Assembly: GCA_002309715.1 (NCBI GenBank) | Contig: DBXW01000005.1 | Coordinates: 321,613-385,612 of the forward strand | Source: Candidatus Avelusimicrobium cornigerorum | GTDB taxonomy: Bacteria; Elusimicrobiota; Elusimicrobia; Elusimicrobiales; Elusimicrobiaceae | Length of the DNA stretch: 64,000 nt | Direction of reading: 5' to 3' | Shown: piece by piece, positions 27,521 through 37,528 of the stretch | Layout of the letters: each line of letters begins with the position of its first letter | How positions within the stretch are numbered: position 1 is the stretch's first letter | Program-made: the position numbers and the translations under genes | Notes under the pieces: model-generated | Told to the model about the DNA's origin: nothing | Seen by the model: only the letters and a program-made list of their open reading frames with translations | The model's database searches: none

Positions 27521-29149
27521 ATGGCAAAAATTAATTGTGCAATATACACCCGTAAATCTACGGAGCGCGGGCTGGAAATGGAGTTTAACTCGCTCCAAAA
27601 TCAGGAAGAGGCGTGCAAGGCCTATATTCTCTCGCAAGCATTTAACGGGTGGGAGTATTATAAAACTTTTGAGGATGGTGGGATTAGCGGTGGCACGATG
27701 GAGCGCCCCGGCTTACAGGCTCTTTTGGGAGAAATCCGCGCCCGCAATATACAAGTGGTTGTTGTCTACAAGGTGGACCGTCTGTCTCGCTCTATTTTTG
27801 ACTTCCATAAAATGATGCAGGAGTTTGCCAAGTATGAGTGCAACTTTGTATCTATCACGCAGTCTTTTGATACAAGCAATTCCATGGGTAAATTAACCCT
27901 CAATATGCTCTTATCTTTTGCACAATTTGAGCGGGAAGTATCCGCCGAGCGTGTGCGCGATAAAATTGCTGCCAGTAAGGCCAAAGGGCTATGGATGGGG
28001 GGTAATTTGCCATTAGGATATGACCTCAACGACAGGCATCTTGTGGTAAATGAGCCGGAAGCTGAGATCGTGCGGCAAGTGTTTCAAAAATATCTTGAAG
28101 TGCAAAATATGCTTGGAATGGCTGAATGGCTAAATAAACAGGGGATACATACCAAAAAATGGGTTACCAAACACAGCCAGCGTACGCGGGGCGGCGAACC
28201 GTTTAAGAAAAACACCGTGCAACGTATGCTGACAAATCCTGTTTACCTCGGCAAAATCACGCATTACAGACAAAATAAAATTTATAACGGAGTGCATAAA
28301 CCTATTATTACGCGTGAATTGTGGGAACAGGTCCAACAAGTAATTCGGCGACGTTTTCATGATCCCAATGCGTTTAACCACTATAAGTTCCATAAAACGG
28401 TTTTGGCGGATAAGTTATACGATGATAAAGGGAAAAAATTCCGTTTTACTTCCTCAAAAAGTCACCGGAGAAAAATACTGTATTACTACAACGGTGTAGG
28501 CGGGCATTACTTGCCCGTGGAGCAGTTGGATGGATTTGTGCTTGATATGCTCCGGCAAACAGATTTGGAGGAATTAGAGCCCCTGGCCGATGGAATTGGC
28601 ATAACGGATAAACAAATGCAGTCTTGGATTGTTAAGGCAACATGCCAGACGGCAGGGAAAGCGCATTATTTGACGATTCTTTTAGATGAAAAACAAATAA
28701 AAACCGATTTAATCAATTGCCCGAAAATAACGGAGAAATTAGAGAGAAAACCCCTTTCGCTAGAACGGATGGAAGGTAATTTATATGTGCGCGGGAAATT
28801 TGTGGTTGCCAATGTATCCTCTGTAAAATTGCGAAATGGCACAGCGCGCAATATTTTAACTGTACGGCAACTCAATGAAAGTTTAGTTCGCGCCTTGGCA
28901 CGAGGTTGGCAACTTAAAAAGATAAGCGAACGCGGCGGGGGAATGAGAGTTTTGGAAAAAGAAGTGCACATGACGAAACGCACGATTACGCGGTATATTA
29001 ACCTATGCTATTTATCCCCGCGCATAGTAACTGATATTTTAGAATACAGAAATACAAATAATGTGACTTTACGTGAGCTTATGAATGTTGCGGAAGGGGA
29101 GGTGAACTTTGAAGATCAGGAAAAACGATGGATAAAGCAAGATGTTTAA
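27521..29149 (+). CDS. Large serine recombinase
   Basis: CAIYTRKS catalytic Ser; VYKVDRLSRS; FAQFERE; recombinase DNA-binding domain. Confidence 0.95.
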   Translation: MAKINCAIYTRKSTERGLEMEFNSLQNQEEACKAYILSQAFNGWEYYKTFEDGGISGGTMERPGLQALLGEIRARNIQVVVVYKVDRLSRSIFDFHKMMQEFAKYECNFVSITQSFDTSNSMGKLTLNMLLSFAQFEREVSAERVRDKIAASKAKGLWMGGNLPLGYDLNDRHLVVNEPEAEIVRQVFQKYLEVQNMLGMAEWLNKQGIHTKKWVTKHSQRTRGGEPFKKNTVQRMLTNPVYLGKITHYRQNKIYNGVHKPIITRELWEQVQQVIRRRFHDPNAFNHYKFHKTVLADKLYDDKGKKFRFTSSKSHRRKILYYYNGVGGHYLPVEQLDGFVLDMLRQTDLEELEPLADGIGITDKQMQSWIVKATCQTAGKAHYLTILLDEKQIKTDLINCPKITEKLERKPLSLERMEGNLYVRGKFVVANVSSVKLRNGTARNILTVRQLNESLVRALARGWQLKKISERGGGMRVLEKEVHMTKRTITRYINLCYLSPRIVTDILEYRNTNNVTLRELMNVAEGEVNFEDQEKRWIKQDV

Positions 29150-29255
29150 GAGAACTCTGCAGGGAAAACTGTGGTAAAAGATAGGACATATTTATTAAAA
29201 TAACATAAAGCCCTATTTTGGCACCGAAATTGGGCCGATAGGGATAGGAATAGTT

Positions 29256-29894
29256 ATGCAATTACAAAATAAAAGCCCATACAGTGCTTCTATGACAGGT
29301 TGTGGTTTCATGTTAGAAGAAATGAACCGTATCCTGCCGTTACTTATGGACCCAGCTTCAGACACCTTGTTGAAAAAGGAAGTTGTTGAAAATTCCTACT
29401 TAATGATCAATACAGAAAACACCAGAAAAAGAGCGGTGGTCGAACTTGTAAAAAGATATCAGTCTGTACCACAAGAATTTTGGAAAGAATATTTGTCTTT
29501 TTCCAAAGAGGCTCAGTGTGTAGCTATGTATTTTGTAAATTTAAAGTGTTATCGTCTCTTTTTTGATTTGCATTTAAATCTTGTTCTTAAGAAATGGCAT
29601 TCTATTCGCCAAACATTGACTAGAACGGATGTATTGATGGAAATAAATGCAATTGCTACCCAAGATGATTTCGTAGATAGTTGGAGTGATAATACGAAAA
29701 TCAAAGTGGCAAGTGCCTTCCTGTCTTTTCTACGTAAAGTTAAATTTTTGGAACCAAATGGGGAACAACTTAAGCCGATTTCTTTGACTGATGAAGAATT
29801 TGCATTTTATTTGAAAATACGAGAAAATTGGTTCTTGGAAGCTTGTCTCCTGCAGCCGTATGAAATTGAGCGTATTACAAAGGTGCTTGTATGA
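29256..29894 (+). CDS. brxA: BREX BrxA (DUF1819)
   Basis: YSASMTG.. family pattern; first gene of the BREX operon. Confidence 0.8.
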   Translation: MQLQNKSPYSASMTGCGFMLEEMNRILPLLMDPASDTLLKKEVVENSYLMINTENTRKRAVVELVKRYQSVPQEFWKEYLSFSKEAQCVAMYFVNLKCYRLFFDLHLNLVLKKWHSIRQTLTRTDVLMEINAIATQDDFVDSWSDNTKIKVASAFLSFLRKVKFLEPNGEQLKPISLTDEEFAFYLKIRENWFLEACLLQPYEIERITKVLV

Positions 29895-30499
29895 AAAATA
29901 TGAGTTTAAAAGAATTGGAAGAAAAATTGCGTAGCAATGAGTTCCAAAATACAGAAAATGATATTTTTTATAATTTTTTTATCTATCTGTATGATCCGGC
30001 TGATGAATATATAATGCGAGCACAGATACGTGAGTTTAAACAAAATCTTTTGCGTCCTGTTGATTATGTAGATGTTTTAACAATAGATATTTTCGAGGAA
30101 CTATGTAATTTTTTGAATAATCAACCGTACGGTAATTTTAATTCATCTTTATTGCAATATTTGCTTGAAAAAGATAAAGATGATCATGAAGCGGTGCTTC
30201 GACTATTAACAGGAAAAGCTAATTGTTCGGAATTCTATAAATATCTTGATAAGCACATTAAAGAACACATCAGTATTAGTGACGACAAAAAGCGGCCCTA
30301 TGTATTTTTATATGGACTAGGAAAAATTTTCCCGTATATGAGAATAAGTACGTTGTTGGCTAATTACGAGCAATACAACAAAAGCAGTCGTTATAAAATA
30401 ATTGTATTTTATCCCGGGAATAAAGAAGGTAATAATTACCGACTTTTTAACATTTTGGAAGATCATCATACATATCGTGCAACTTTAATGAATGGGTAA
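29891..30499 (+). CDS. brxB: BREX BrxB (DUF1788)
   Basis: FFIYLYDP..; GLGKIFPYMR; IIVFYPG. Confidence 0.82.
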   Translation: MKNMSLKELEEKLRSNEFQNTENDIFYNFFIYLYDPADEYIMRAQIREFKQNLLRPVDYVDVLTIDIFEELCNFLNNQPYGNFNSSLLQYLLEKDKDDHEAVLRLLTGKANCSEFYKYLDKHIKEHISISDDKKRPYVFLYGLGKIFPYMRISTLLANYEQYNKSSRYKIIVFYPGNKEGNNYRLFNILEDHHTYRATLMNG

Positions 30500-30504
30500 A
30501 TCAT

Positions 30505-33500
30505 ATGAAATTGGAAGAAATATATCTTAAGGACATTACAAGAGCTGTTAATCCTGCGGTATCTGCTAGCGATTTGGCTGAAGAAACTGCAAAAATCGAA
30601 ATAGATGAATATGTGTTTACAGATGAAATTGTAAATAGCCTGTATAAGATTTTGTCGGCCATCCGGAAACGTCAGTTAAGTCATAATGGAATTTGGATTA
30701 ATGGATATTTTGGCACTGGGAAATCTCATTTTTTGAAATATTTGGACTATTGTTTAGATACGCGTTTCCAAGAGAAAGCTTTAGGACGCTTGGAAGAAGC
30801 TGTCAAAGATTTAGATCCTTTTAAGAATCCTACGAATAATTTAGATGTTTCTGTTAGTGAGATGCACGATCTGGTTTCATGGATTAAATCAGCAAAAGTA
30901 GATACCATTTTGTTTAACATTGGCACAGTGAATAATATTCGAGGAAATGAGCAATGTGTCTTTTTGGATGCCTTTTGGCATGAATTTAATTCATTTAGAG
31001 GATATAATCGCTCAAATTTGGCATTAGCTCGTTATTTTGAAAAAGTGTTGGATGAAAAGGGAAAATTTCTTGAATTCAAACAACAGATAAAAAAACAATT
31101 GGGGTTAAATTGGGAACAAAGCGGAGCTGATTTAGCTATTACAGAATTAGATACCGTACTTAAAATAGGCAAAGGAGTCGTTCCATCTTTATCAATTGAT
31201 TCCATTAAGAAAAGAATTGAAGATGATGATGCATTGGTCAGCGTAGAAAGTTTCTGCGAAGAATTAAAACAATATCTTCAAGAAAAAGATGATAAATACC
31301 GCTTGATTTTTCTTGTAGATGAAATCAGTCAATTTATAGACGCCCGTCGAGGATTATTACTTCAGCTACAGGAGATTGTTACACGTTTGCATGAGAAGTG
31401 TAACGATAAGATATGGATTGCGGCTACTGCACAACAGGACTTACAAGAAATTCTTGAAAGTTGTCAAATTAATGCGACCAGCGAAGACTATGGAAAAATC
31501 ATGGGACGCTTCGAAGTCAAAGTTTCATTGACGGGCACCAAGTCTGAGTATATTACTCAAAAGCGTATTTTAGATAAAAACGGAGCAGCGGCTATAAAAC
31601 TTGGGGAGCTCTATGATAAAAAGCGTAATGCGATCGCGGCTCAATTTCAATTGCCGCCTTCTTATAATGCGTTTGCAAATAAGGATGAATTTATAAAATT
31701 CTATCCTTTTGTGCCTTATCAATTCCGATTAATTGAGCAGGTCTTTAACTCCTTCGAGCGTTTGGACTTTGTAGATAGAGAAGTGAAAGGAAATGAAAGA
31801 TCTATTATCAAGGTTACGCACAGTACAGCTAAAAAGGCAAAAGATTGGCCTGTAGGAAGCTTTATTCCATTTGACTCCTTCTTTGGTCCAATGTTTAAGG
31901 GAGCTCTTGTCGCTAAAGGACAAAGAGCAATAAGAAATGCCAATAATGTGATTGCCGAATATTCAGATAAAGAAATGGGGCAAAGGGTGGTTAATATCTT
32001 GTTTATGGTCTGTAACTTATCGCAGAATGATAAGCTCCTATTCCCCGCAACGGTTGATAATATTACATGTTTGCTCATGAATGATGTGGATACTCAAAAA
32101 TTGACCTTAAAAGAAAATGTACAAAAGGCTTTGGACTATTTGATGGATAGAAATATTATCAGAACCGAAGTTTCAAAGTCAGGAATGGTGTCTTATGCGT
32201 TCTATAGTGAAGATGAAAGCGAAGTAGCCTCTTTGATTAAAAATCAAAATATAGATAATAATACGATGGCAGAGGAATTGAAGGAATTGTTTATTAATTA
32301 TATCACTCCCCAGCCGCGAGAAACTTTTGAATCCAGTAAATTCACAATAGGTGCTAGCATTATGGAAAAAAATTTCTTGAGTAATAATGCAGATATCACC
32401 TTAAATTTTGTTATGGAATCTGCGGAAGATTCTGCTGAGCAATTTGCATTTACCAATACTCCCAAAGTCTTAGCATTTTTCATGGCGGAGGAGTATAAGA
32501 ATCAGAAAGAATTACGAAATAAGTTTTATTGGTATTGTCAGGCCCAGACATATTTAAGAAATAATCGTGCAACCAGTGAGGAACGAGCTAAAACTTTGCA
32601 AGAGTTTAAGCAACGTGCTGCCGATTTATATAGAAGCAAAATTGAAAAGGGATTTCGTGATTTGTTTGATAAAAGCACAGTAATATCCGGTACTACAGTA
32701 TTAGACATAGGAGCCAATAAAGGAAAAACTCGTTACGAAATGGCTTTAAAAAAGCACTTCCAAAATGTGTTTCCGCAGGCTTCTTTAGTTGCTGATTTGC
32801 CGGTTACTTCTACTGATTTGAATCGAGAAATATTGCAACCTAGTAAAAATGTTCAGCTTACGCCTGTTTCAGAAGCTGAACAGCGGGTAAAGGACTATTT
32901 GATTAAACATCAGCCGGAAGTAAATGTAAATGATATTGTGCAGAACTTTGCAGCTGCTCCATATGGGTGGAGTGAAATATGTACACTCGCTATTCTTAAC
33001 CTACTCGTATTAAGAAATGAATATATGTTTCTGTACAACAATAATCCACATGTGGAAAGACAAGTGGTTGCTCAAAAAATATGTAAAGAAAAACAAAAAT
33101 TCACAATTAGAACAGCAGAGAAAATATCGCAAGAGCTTATTAACAACTTTATAAATAGCTGGCGTACCATTTATAACAAAGTAGCTACTTTTGTACCCGA
33201 AATGGATCCTCGTACAATTTACGAAGAAGCGCAGTCTCAATTAGCTAACGAGGAATCTGCTTTGGATGATGTGTATAGGAAGATTCGGGATTATCCCTTT
33301 GGCAAAACAGTGCAAGATTTACGTCAATTAGTGGATACATGGCGGCAGAAACGTGATATACAAGAATTCTTTAAGCAGATTATTGCTGACGCGGCGCAGG
33401 CCCAGCAATTAGAAGATAAGTATAAGCAAATTGTTGAATTTTGTGCCGATCAGTTTGCTCGCTATCAAGAGTATTTGCAATTTATCCGGGATAATGAGGC

Positions 33501-33999
33501 CAATTTCGAGCAACTAAGTGGTTGCGAAAAGGCAGTAAATGCCATGTTGGCACTTAAACAAAATGCATGGCCGATAGATGATATGCCTAGTTATAAAAAA
33601 TTGCGTGACGAGTTGCAAACGCAATTGGAACAGGTAAAAAAATCTCTTCGTCAACAGATTGCGGATGCTTATACGCACGAGATTGAGCAGTTGCATTCGT
33701 TAGCCGAGGAAAACCAGGTGCCATATAATAAAACCGCTAACGATGTTATTGCGGATAAAACTAAATCGGATAATATTCTCGTTTTAAAGAATGTGTTAAA
33801 TGAAAAGAGTTCCTTCTATCAAGAGGAATTGGATTCTATCTTAAATCACGGGAATAAAGGTGTTGTTAAATTCGTTAAGTTAAATACACGTAATTCTACC
33901 CCTATTACGAATGAAAAAGAAGTGGATGCCTATTTAAATCAATTAAAAGGGCAGTTAATGGAACACATTTCCAAAGGGGATAAGATAATCATTTCGTAA
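30505..33999 (+). CDS. brxC: BREX P-loop ATPase BrxC
   Basis: GYFGTGKS Walker A; FLVDEISQF; YPFVPYQF. Confidence 0.92.
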   Translation: MKLEEIYLKDITRAVNPAVSASDLAEETAKIEIDEYVFTDEIVNSLYKILSAIRKRQLSHNGIWINGYFGTGKSHFLKYLDYCLDTRFQEKALGRLEEAVKDLDPFKNPTNNLDVSVSEMHDLVSWIKSAKVDTILFNIGTVNNIRGNEQCVFLDAFWHEFNSFRGYNRSNLALARYFEKVLDEKGKFLEFKQQIKKQLGLNWEQSGADLAITELDTVLKIGKGVVPSLSIDSIKKRIEDDDALVSVESFCEELKQYLQEKDDKYRLIFLVDEISQFIDARRGLLLQLQEIVTRLHEKCNDKIWIAATAQQDLQEILESCQINATSEDYGKIMGRFEVKVSLTGTKSEYITQKRILDKNGAAAIKLGELYDKKRNAIAAQFQLPPSYNAFANKDEFIKFYPFVPYQFRLIEQVFNSFERLDFVDREVKGNERSIIKVTHSTAKKAKDWPVGSFIPFDSFFGPMFKGALVAKGQRAIRNANNVIAEYSDKEMGQRVVNILFMVCNLSQNDKLLFPATVDNITCLLMNDVDTQKLTLKENVQKALDYLMDRNIIRTEVSKSGMVSYAFYSEDESEVASLIKNQNIDNNTMAEELKELFINYITPQPRETFESSKFTIGASIMEKNFLSNNADITLNFVMESAEDSAEQFAFTNTPKVLAFFMAEEYKNQKELRNKFYWYCQAQTYLRNNRATSEERAKTLQEFKQRAADLYRSKIEKGFRDLFDKSTVISGTTVLDIGANKGKTRYEMALKKHFQNVFPQASLVADLPVTSTDLNREILQPSKNVQLTPVSEAEQRVKDYLIKHQPEVNVNDIVQNFAAAPYGWSEICTLAILNLLVLRNEYMFLYNNNPHVERQVVAQKICKEKQKFTIRTAEKISQELINNFINSWRTIYNKVATFVPEMDPRTIYEEAQSQLANEESALDDVYRKIRDYPFGKTVQDLRQLVDTWRQKRDIQEFFKQIIADAAQAQQLEDKYKQIVEFCADQFARYQEYLQFIRDNEANFEQLSGCEKAVNAMLALKQNAWPIDDMPSYKKLRDELQTQLEQVKKSLRQQIADAYTHEIEQLHSLAEENQVPYNKTANDVIADKTKSDNILVLKNVLNEKSSFYQEELDSILNHGNKGVVKFVKLNTRNSTPITNEKEVDAYLNQLKGQLMEHISKGDKIIIS

Positions 34000-34003
34000 A
34001 ATT

Positions 34004-37000
34004 ATGGAAACTAGCCAAATAAAGAAATTCGCTCAACAAGCAAGAACAATATTAAAACAAGGAATACAAAATAAAATATCTTCCTTGGGTTTTGATGCTA
34101 GCGGTCATGTGCCGGCAGATAAAATGCCCATAAAGGGGCAAGATCATGTTGTATTCATGGGGCAAGTTATTGAAGATGTTTCCTTTTACGATAAATGGCA
34201 GTCGTTGTATACCCATGTAACAGAAAAGGGTATTGCACAGGTATGCGAGGAAGCAGCTTACACTTGGTTTAACCGCCTCGTGGCTATTCGTATTTTAATG
34301 AAAAATAACCTGATAGAGCCTGTTTTAGCGTATCCCAATCCATCTTTACGTATTCCACGCATTGTAGCAGATGCCCGTCGCGGTATTTACCCACAAATGA
34401 CAGCCTACGACCGCAAACAACTTAATCAATTGCTAGATGATGATACCAAAACAACGGAACAATTTGGGTTGCTGATAGTGAATTATTGCCGAAATAACCC
34501 TGTGTTAGCGGCTTGTTTTGGGGATATTAATGACTATACAGAATTACTATTGCCTATTAACATTTTAGCGGCAAATGGTTTTGTGGATTTGCTTAACAAC
34601 ACTACTTTTATTACGGATGAAGATTATAAACAGAGTGAACTGATAGGCTGGCTGTATCAGTTTTATATTTCCGAGAAGAAAGATGAGGTTTTTGCTTCTA
34701 AACAAAAACGTAAACCGGAAGATATTCCGGCAGCTACCCAAATTTTCACGCCAAATTGGATTGTAAAATACATGGTTCAGAATACGTTGGGGCGAATCTA
34801 TTTAGACAATAATCCCAACGCACAGAGTATCAAATCCCAAATGAAATATTTGGTGGAACCGGGTGCTCCCAGCCCTGAAGAGTTGATTTTCCATTATACA
34901 GATGTACATCAACTGACAATTGCCGATTTAGCGTGCGGATCGGGCCACATATTAAACGAAGCTTTTGATTTGTTGCTTTCCATTTACATTGAGGAAGGAT
35001 ATAATCGCCGCCAGGCCATTAAGGAGATTTTTGAATATAATCTATTGGGAATAGATTTGGATACACGGGCCAAACAGCTGGCCATGTTTGCACTCTTGTT
35101 AAAAGCATGTCAAAAAGATAAATCCTTTTTAGATGCCCAAACATTGCCCCGTGTATTGGATATGCATGTAGCGGACCTTGTAATTGAACTTAATGCTAAA
35201 GCCAATTTGTCAACTATATTGAACGAATTTTTTGCCGGAGCGAATGAGACCACCCTCAAGGAAACAATGGTGGCTCTGAAATTGCTTGAACAAGGGAAGA
35301 ATTTGGGCTCTATTATGCGGTTTGAACTATCGGACTCCACCCGTGCGGCTATTGCTATGCGGTACCAAGAATGGAAAGGAAAAATCGTTAATCGGGAAAT
35401 AAAAATACTTTTATCCGCTTTTGAAGTAATATTGGCTTTGACGGATAAGTATGCCACTTTGGTAATGAATCCACCATACATGCATAGTAGCGATATGAAT
35501 GTGGATCTTTCCAAGTATGTTAAAGAAAACTATTCTGACGGAAAAGCTGACCTATTTTCCGTATTCATGCTCCTTTCTAACAATTTATTGGCTCGGAAGG
35601 GGAAATATGGCATGATAAGTATGCAAGGATGGATGTTTTTATCTTCATTTGAAAAATTACGCAGTTCCTTGCTTACACAACAACATATAGATAATTTGCT
35701 TCATCTCGGTCCGCGTACTTTTGATGAATTATCCGGAGAAGTGGTGCAAAATGTGGCTTTTGTTGTTAGTAAAAATAAATATTCCGCAAGTGGTATCTAT
35801 TACCGTCTTGTAGACGGCAAAAATTGTTCTGATAAAGAAAGGATGTTTTTAAATGCTGAAAATCTTAAAGGGGTATATTATCCTAATGTTAATCAGAAAA
35901 ATTTTGAAAAAATACCCGGTTGCCCGTTGGGGTATTGGGTTAAATCAACCGTTTGGCAAATGTATGACACCAATCCAACTATTGGAGAGATTGCTCAACC
36001 AAAAGTTGGAATGCAAACATCAAACAATGACAAATATTTACGTCTTTGGTTTGAGATAACATTTAATGAATTTAATGGAACAAGCACAGGATTAAAATGG
36101 ATAAAATATCTTAAAGGTGGAACTTTTAGAAGATGGTACGGAAACATGGAGCACCTTCTTTGGTATAACAAAACCCCATCATTTGTATTACAACAAGATA
36201 ATGCAAGAGTTTTGGAATTAGATTTCTTGGAAAAAAGGAAATGCACATGGAGTGATATCACTTCGGGGAAAAATGCATTTAGATTTGCTCCGGCAGACAC
36301 ATTCTATGATATATCAGGTCATTGCTATTTCCCATCTAAAGATAATCAATACTGGACTTTAGGCGCTGTTAATACTCCCGTTTTCCATTTGTTAAAAAAA
36401 GTTTTTAATTCAACATATCATTGTCAATGTGGTGATGTTGCTAAATATGTGTTGCCGACATTGAAAGAGGATGAAAAACAAATAATTTCAGATCTTGTTA
36501 AGCAAAATATTTTCGTCAGTAGAATTGATTGGGATGCTCATGAAACTTCTTGGGATTTCCAAGAGAATGAATTGTTACGTTTGAGCAAGGAACATCCTGC
36601 CTATTCTTTGGAAAAACTGACGGAAGAGTATCAAAAATACTGGGCAGATAAGTTTTTAACACTTCATAAAAACGAAGAAGAACTCAATCGCCAATTTATT
36701 GATATTTACGGCTTGCAGGACGAACTGACACCGGATGTGCCATTAGATGAGGTAACCATTCTTCAACAAGGTGAGATTACCATAGAAAATAATGAGTTAA
36801 AGTGGAACAAAGACGAAATTGTAAAACAACTTATATCGTATGCAGTAGGTTGTATGATGGGGCGTTACCGCTTAGATAAACCGGGATTGCACATTGCACA
36901 TCCCAACCCAATAGACGAAGAAATATCTACCTATTCTTATAACGGCCAATCGTTTAGTATAGACAAAGATGCTATTCTGCCATTAATGACGCGGGATAGT

Positions 37001-37525
37001 GCCTTCTCTGACAATGCCACTGAATGCTTTAAGCGTTTTCTTAAAGTGGCGTTTGGAGCCGAAAACCTAACGGGAAATCTTAATTTTATAGAATCTGTTC
37101 TCGGTAAAGATATAGAAACCTATTTTGTGAAGGACTTTTGGAAAGATCACTTAAAACGTTACCAAAATAGGCCCATTTACTGGTTATTCCGTTCCGATAA
37201 GGGGGCTTTCCAATGTTTAGTGTATATGCACCGCATGAACCCATATACAGCGGAGCAAGTGCGTACGCGCTATTTATTGCCACATATAGAATATTTAACT
37301 ACCCGCCTGGCAGAATTAGAAAGCCGTGCCGCTGAATTGAACAGCCGTGAACGCCGCTTAAAAACTAAGTTTGAAAAAGATTTAGTGGAATGCCAAGAGT
37401 ACCACGATCGCTTACATCGAGTGGCCGATAGACAGATTGCATTTGATTTGGATGACGGCGTAGTGGTAAATTATGCCAAATTTGAAGATGTACTTGCTAA
37501 AATAAAAAAAGCAGAGAAGAAATAA
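34004..37525 (+). CDS. pglX: BREX-1 adenine methyltransferase PglX (BrxX)
   Basis: AYTWFNRL, IPAATQIFTP, DLACGSGH, NPPY, RPIYW, DLDDGVVVNY. Confidence 0.95.
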   Translation: METSQIKKFAQQARTILKQGIQNKISSLGFDASGHVPADKMPIKGQDHVVFMGQVIEDVSFYDKWQSLYTHVTEKGIAQVCEEAAYTWFNRLVAIRILMKNNLIEPVLAYPNPSLRIPRIVADARRGIYPQMTAYDRKQLNQLLDDDTKTTEQFGLLIVNYCRNNPVLAACFGDINDYTELLLPINILAANGFVDLLNNTTFITDEDYKQSELIGWLYQFYISEKKDEVFASKQKRKPEDIPAATQIFTPNWIVKYMVQNTLGRIYLDNNPNAQSIKSQMKYLVEPGAPSPEELIFHYTDVHQLTIADLACGSGHILNEAFDLLLSIYIEEGYNRRQAIKEIFEYNLLGIDLDTRAKQLAMFALLLKACQKDKSFLDAQTLPRVLDMHVADLVIELNAKANLSTILNEFFAGANETTLKETMVALKLLEQGKNLGSIMRFELSDSTRAAIAMRYQEWKGKIVNREIKILLSAFEVILALTDKYATLVMNPPYMHSSDMNVDLSKYVKENYSDGKADLFSVFMLLSNNLLARKGKYGMISMQGWMFLSSFEKLRSSLLTQQHIDNLLHLGPRTFDELSGEVVQNVAFVVSKNKYSASGIYYRLVDGKNCSDKERMFLNAENLKGVYYPNVNQKNFEKIPGCPLGYWVKSTVWQMYDTNPTIGEIAQPKVGMQTSNNDKYLRLWFEITFNEFNGTSTGLKWIKYLKGGTFRRWYGNMEHLLWYNKTPSFVLQQDNARVLELDFLEKRKCTWSDITSGKNAFRFAPADTFYDISGHCYFPSKDNQYWTLGAVNTPVFHLLKKVFNSTYHCQCGDVAKYVLPTLKEDEKQIISDLVKQNIFVSRIDWDAHETSWDFQENELLRLSKEHPAYSLEKLTEEYQKYWADKFLTLHKNEEELNRQFIDIYGLQDELTPDVPLDEVTILQQGEITIENNELKWNKDEIVKQLISYAVGCMMGRYRLDKPGLHIAHPNPIDEEISTYSYNGQSFSIDKDAILPLMTRDSAFSDNATECFKRFLKVAFGAENLTGNLNFIESVLGKDIETYFVKDFWKDHLKRYQNRPIYWLFRSDKGAFQCLVYMHRMNPYTAEQVRTRYLLPHIEYLTTRLAELESRAAELNSRERRLKTKFEKDLVECQEYHDRLHRVADRQIAFDLDDGVVVNYAKFEDVLAKIKKAEKK

Positions 37526-37528
37526 ACC

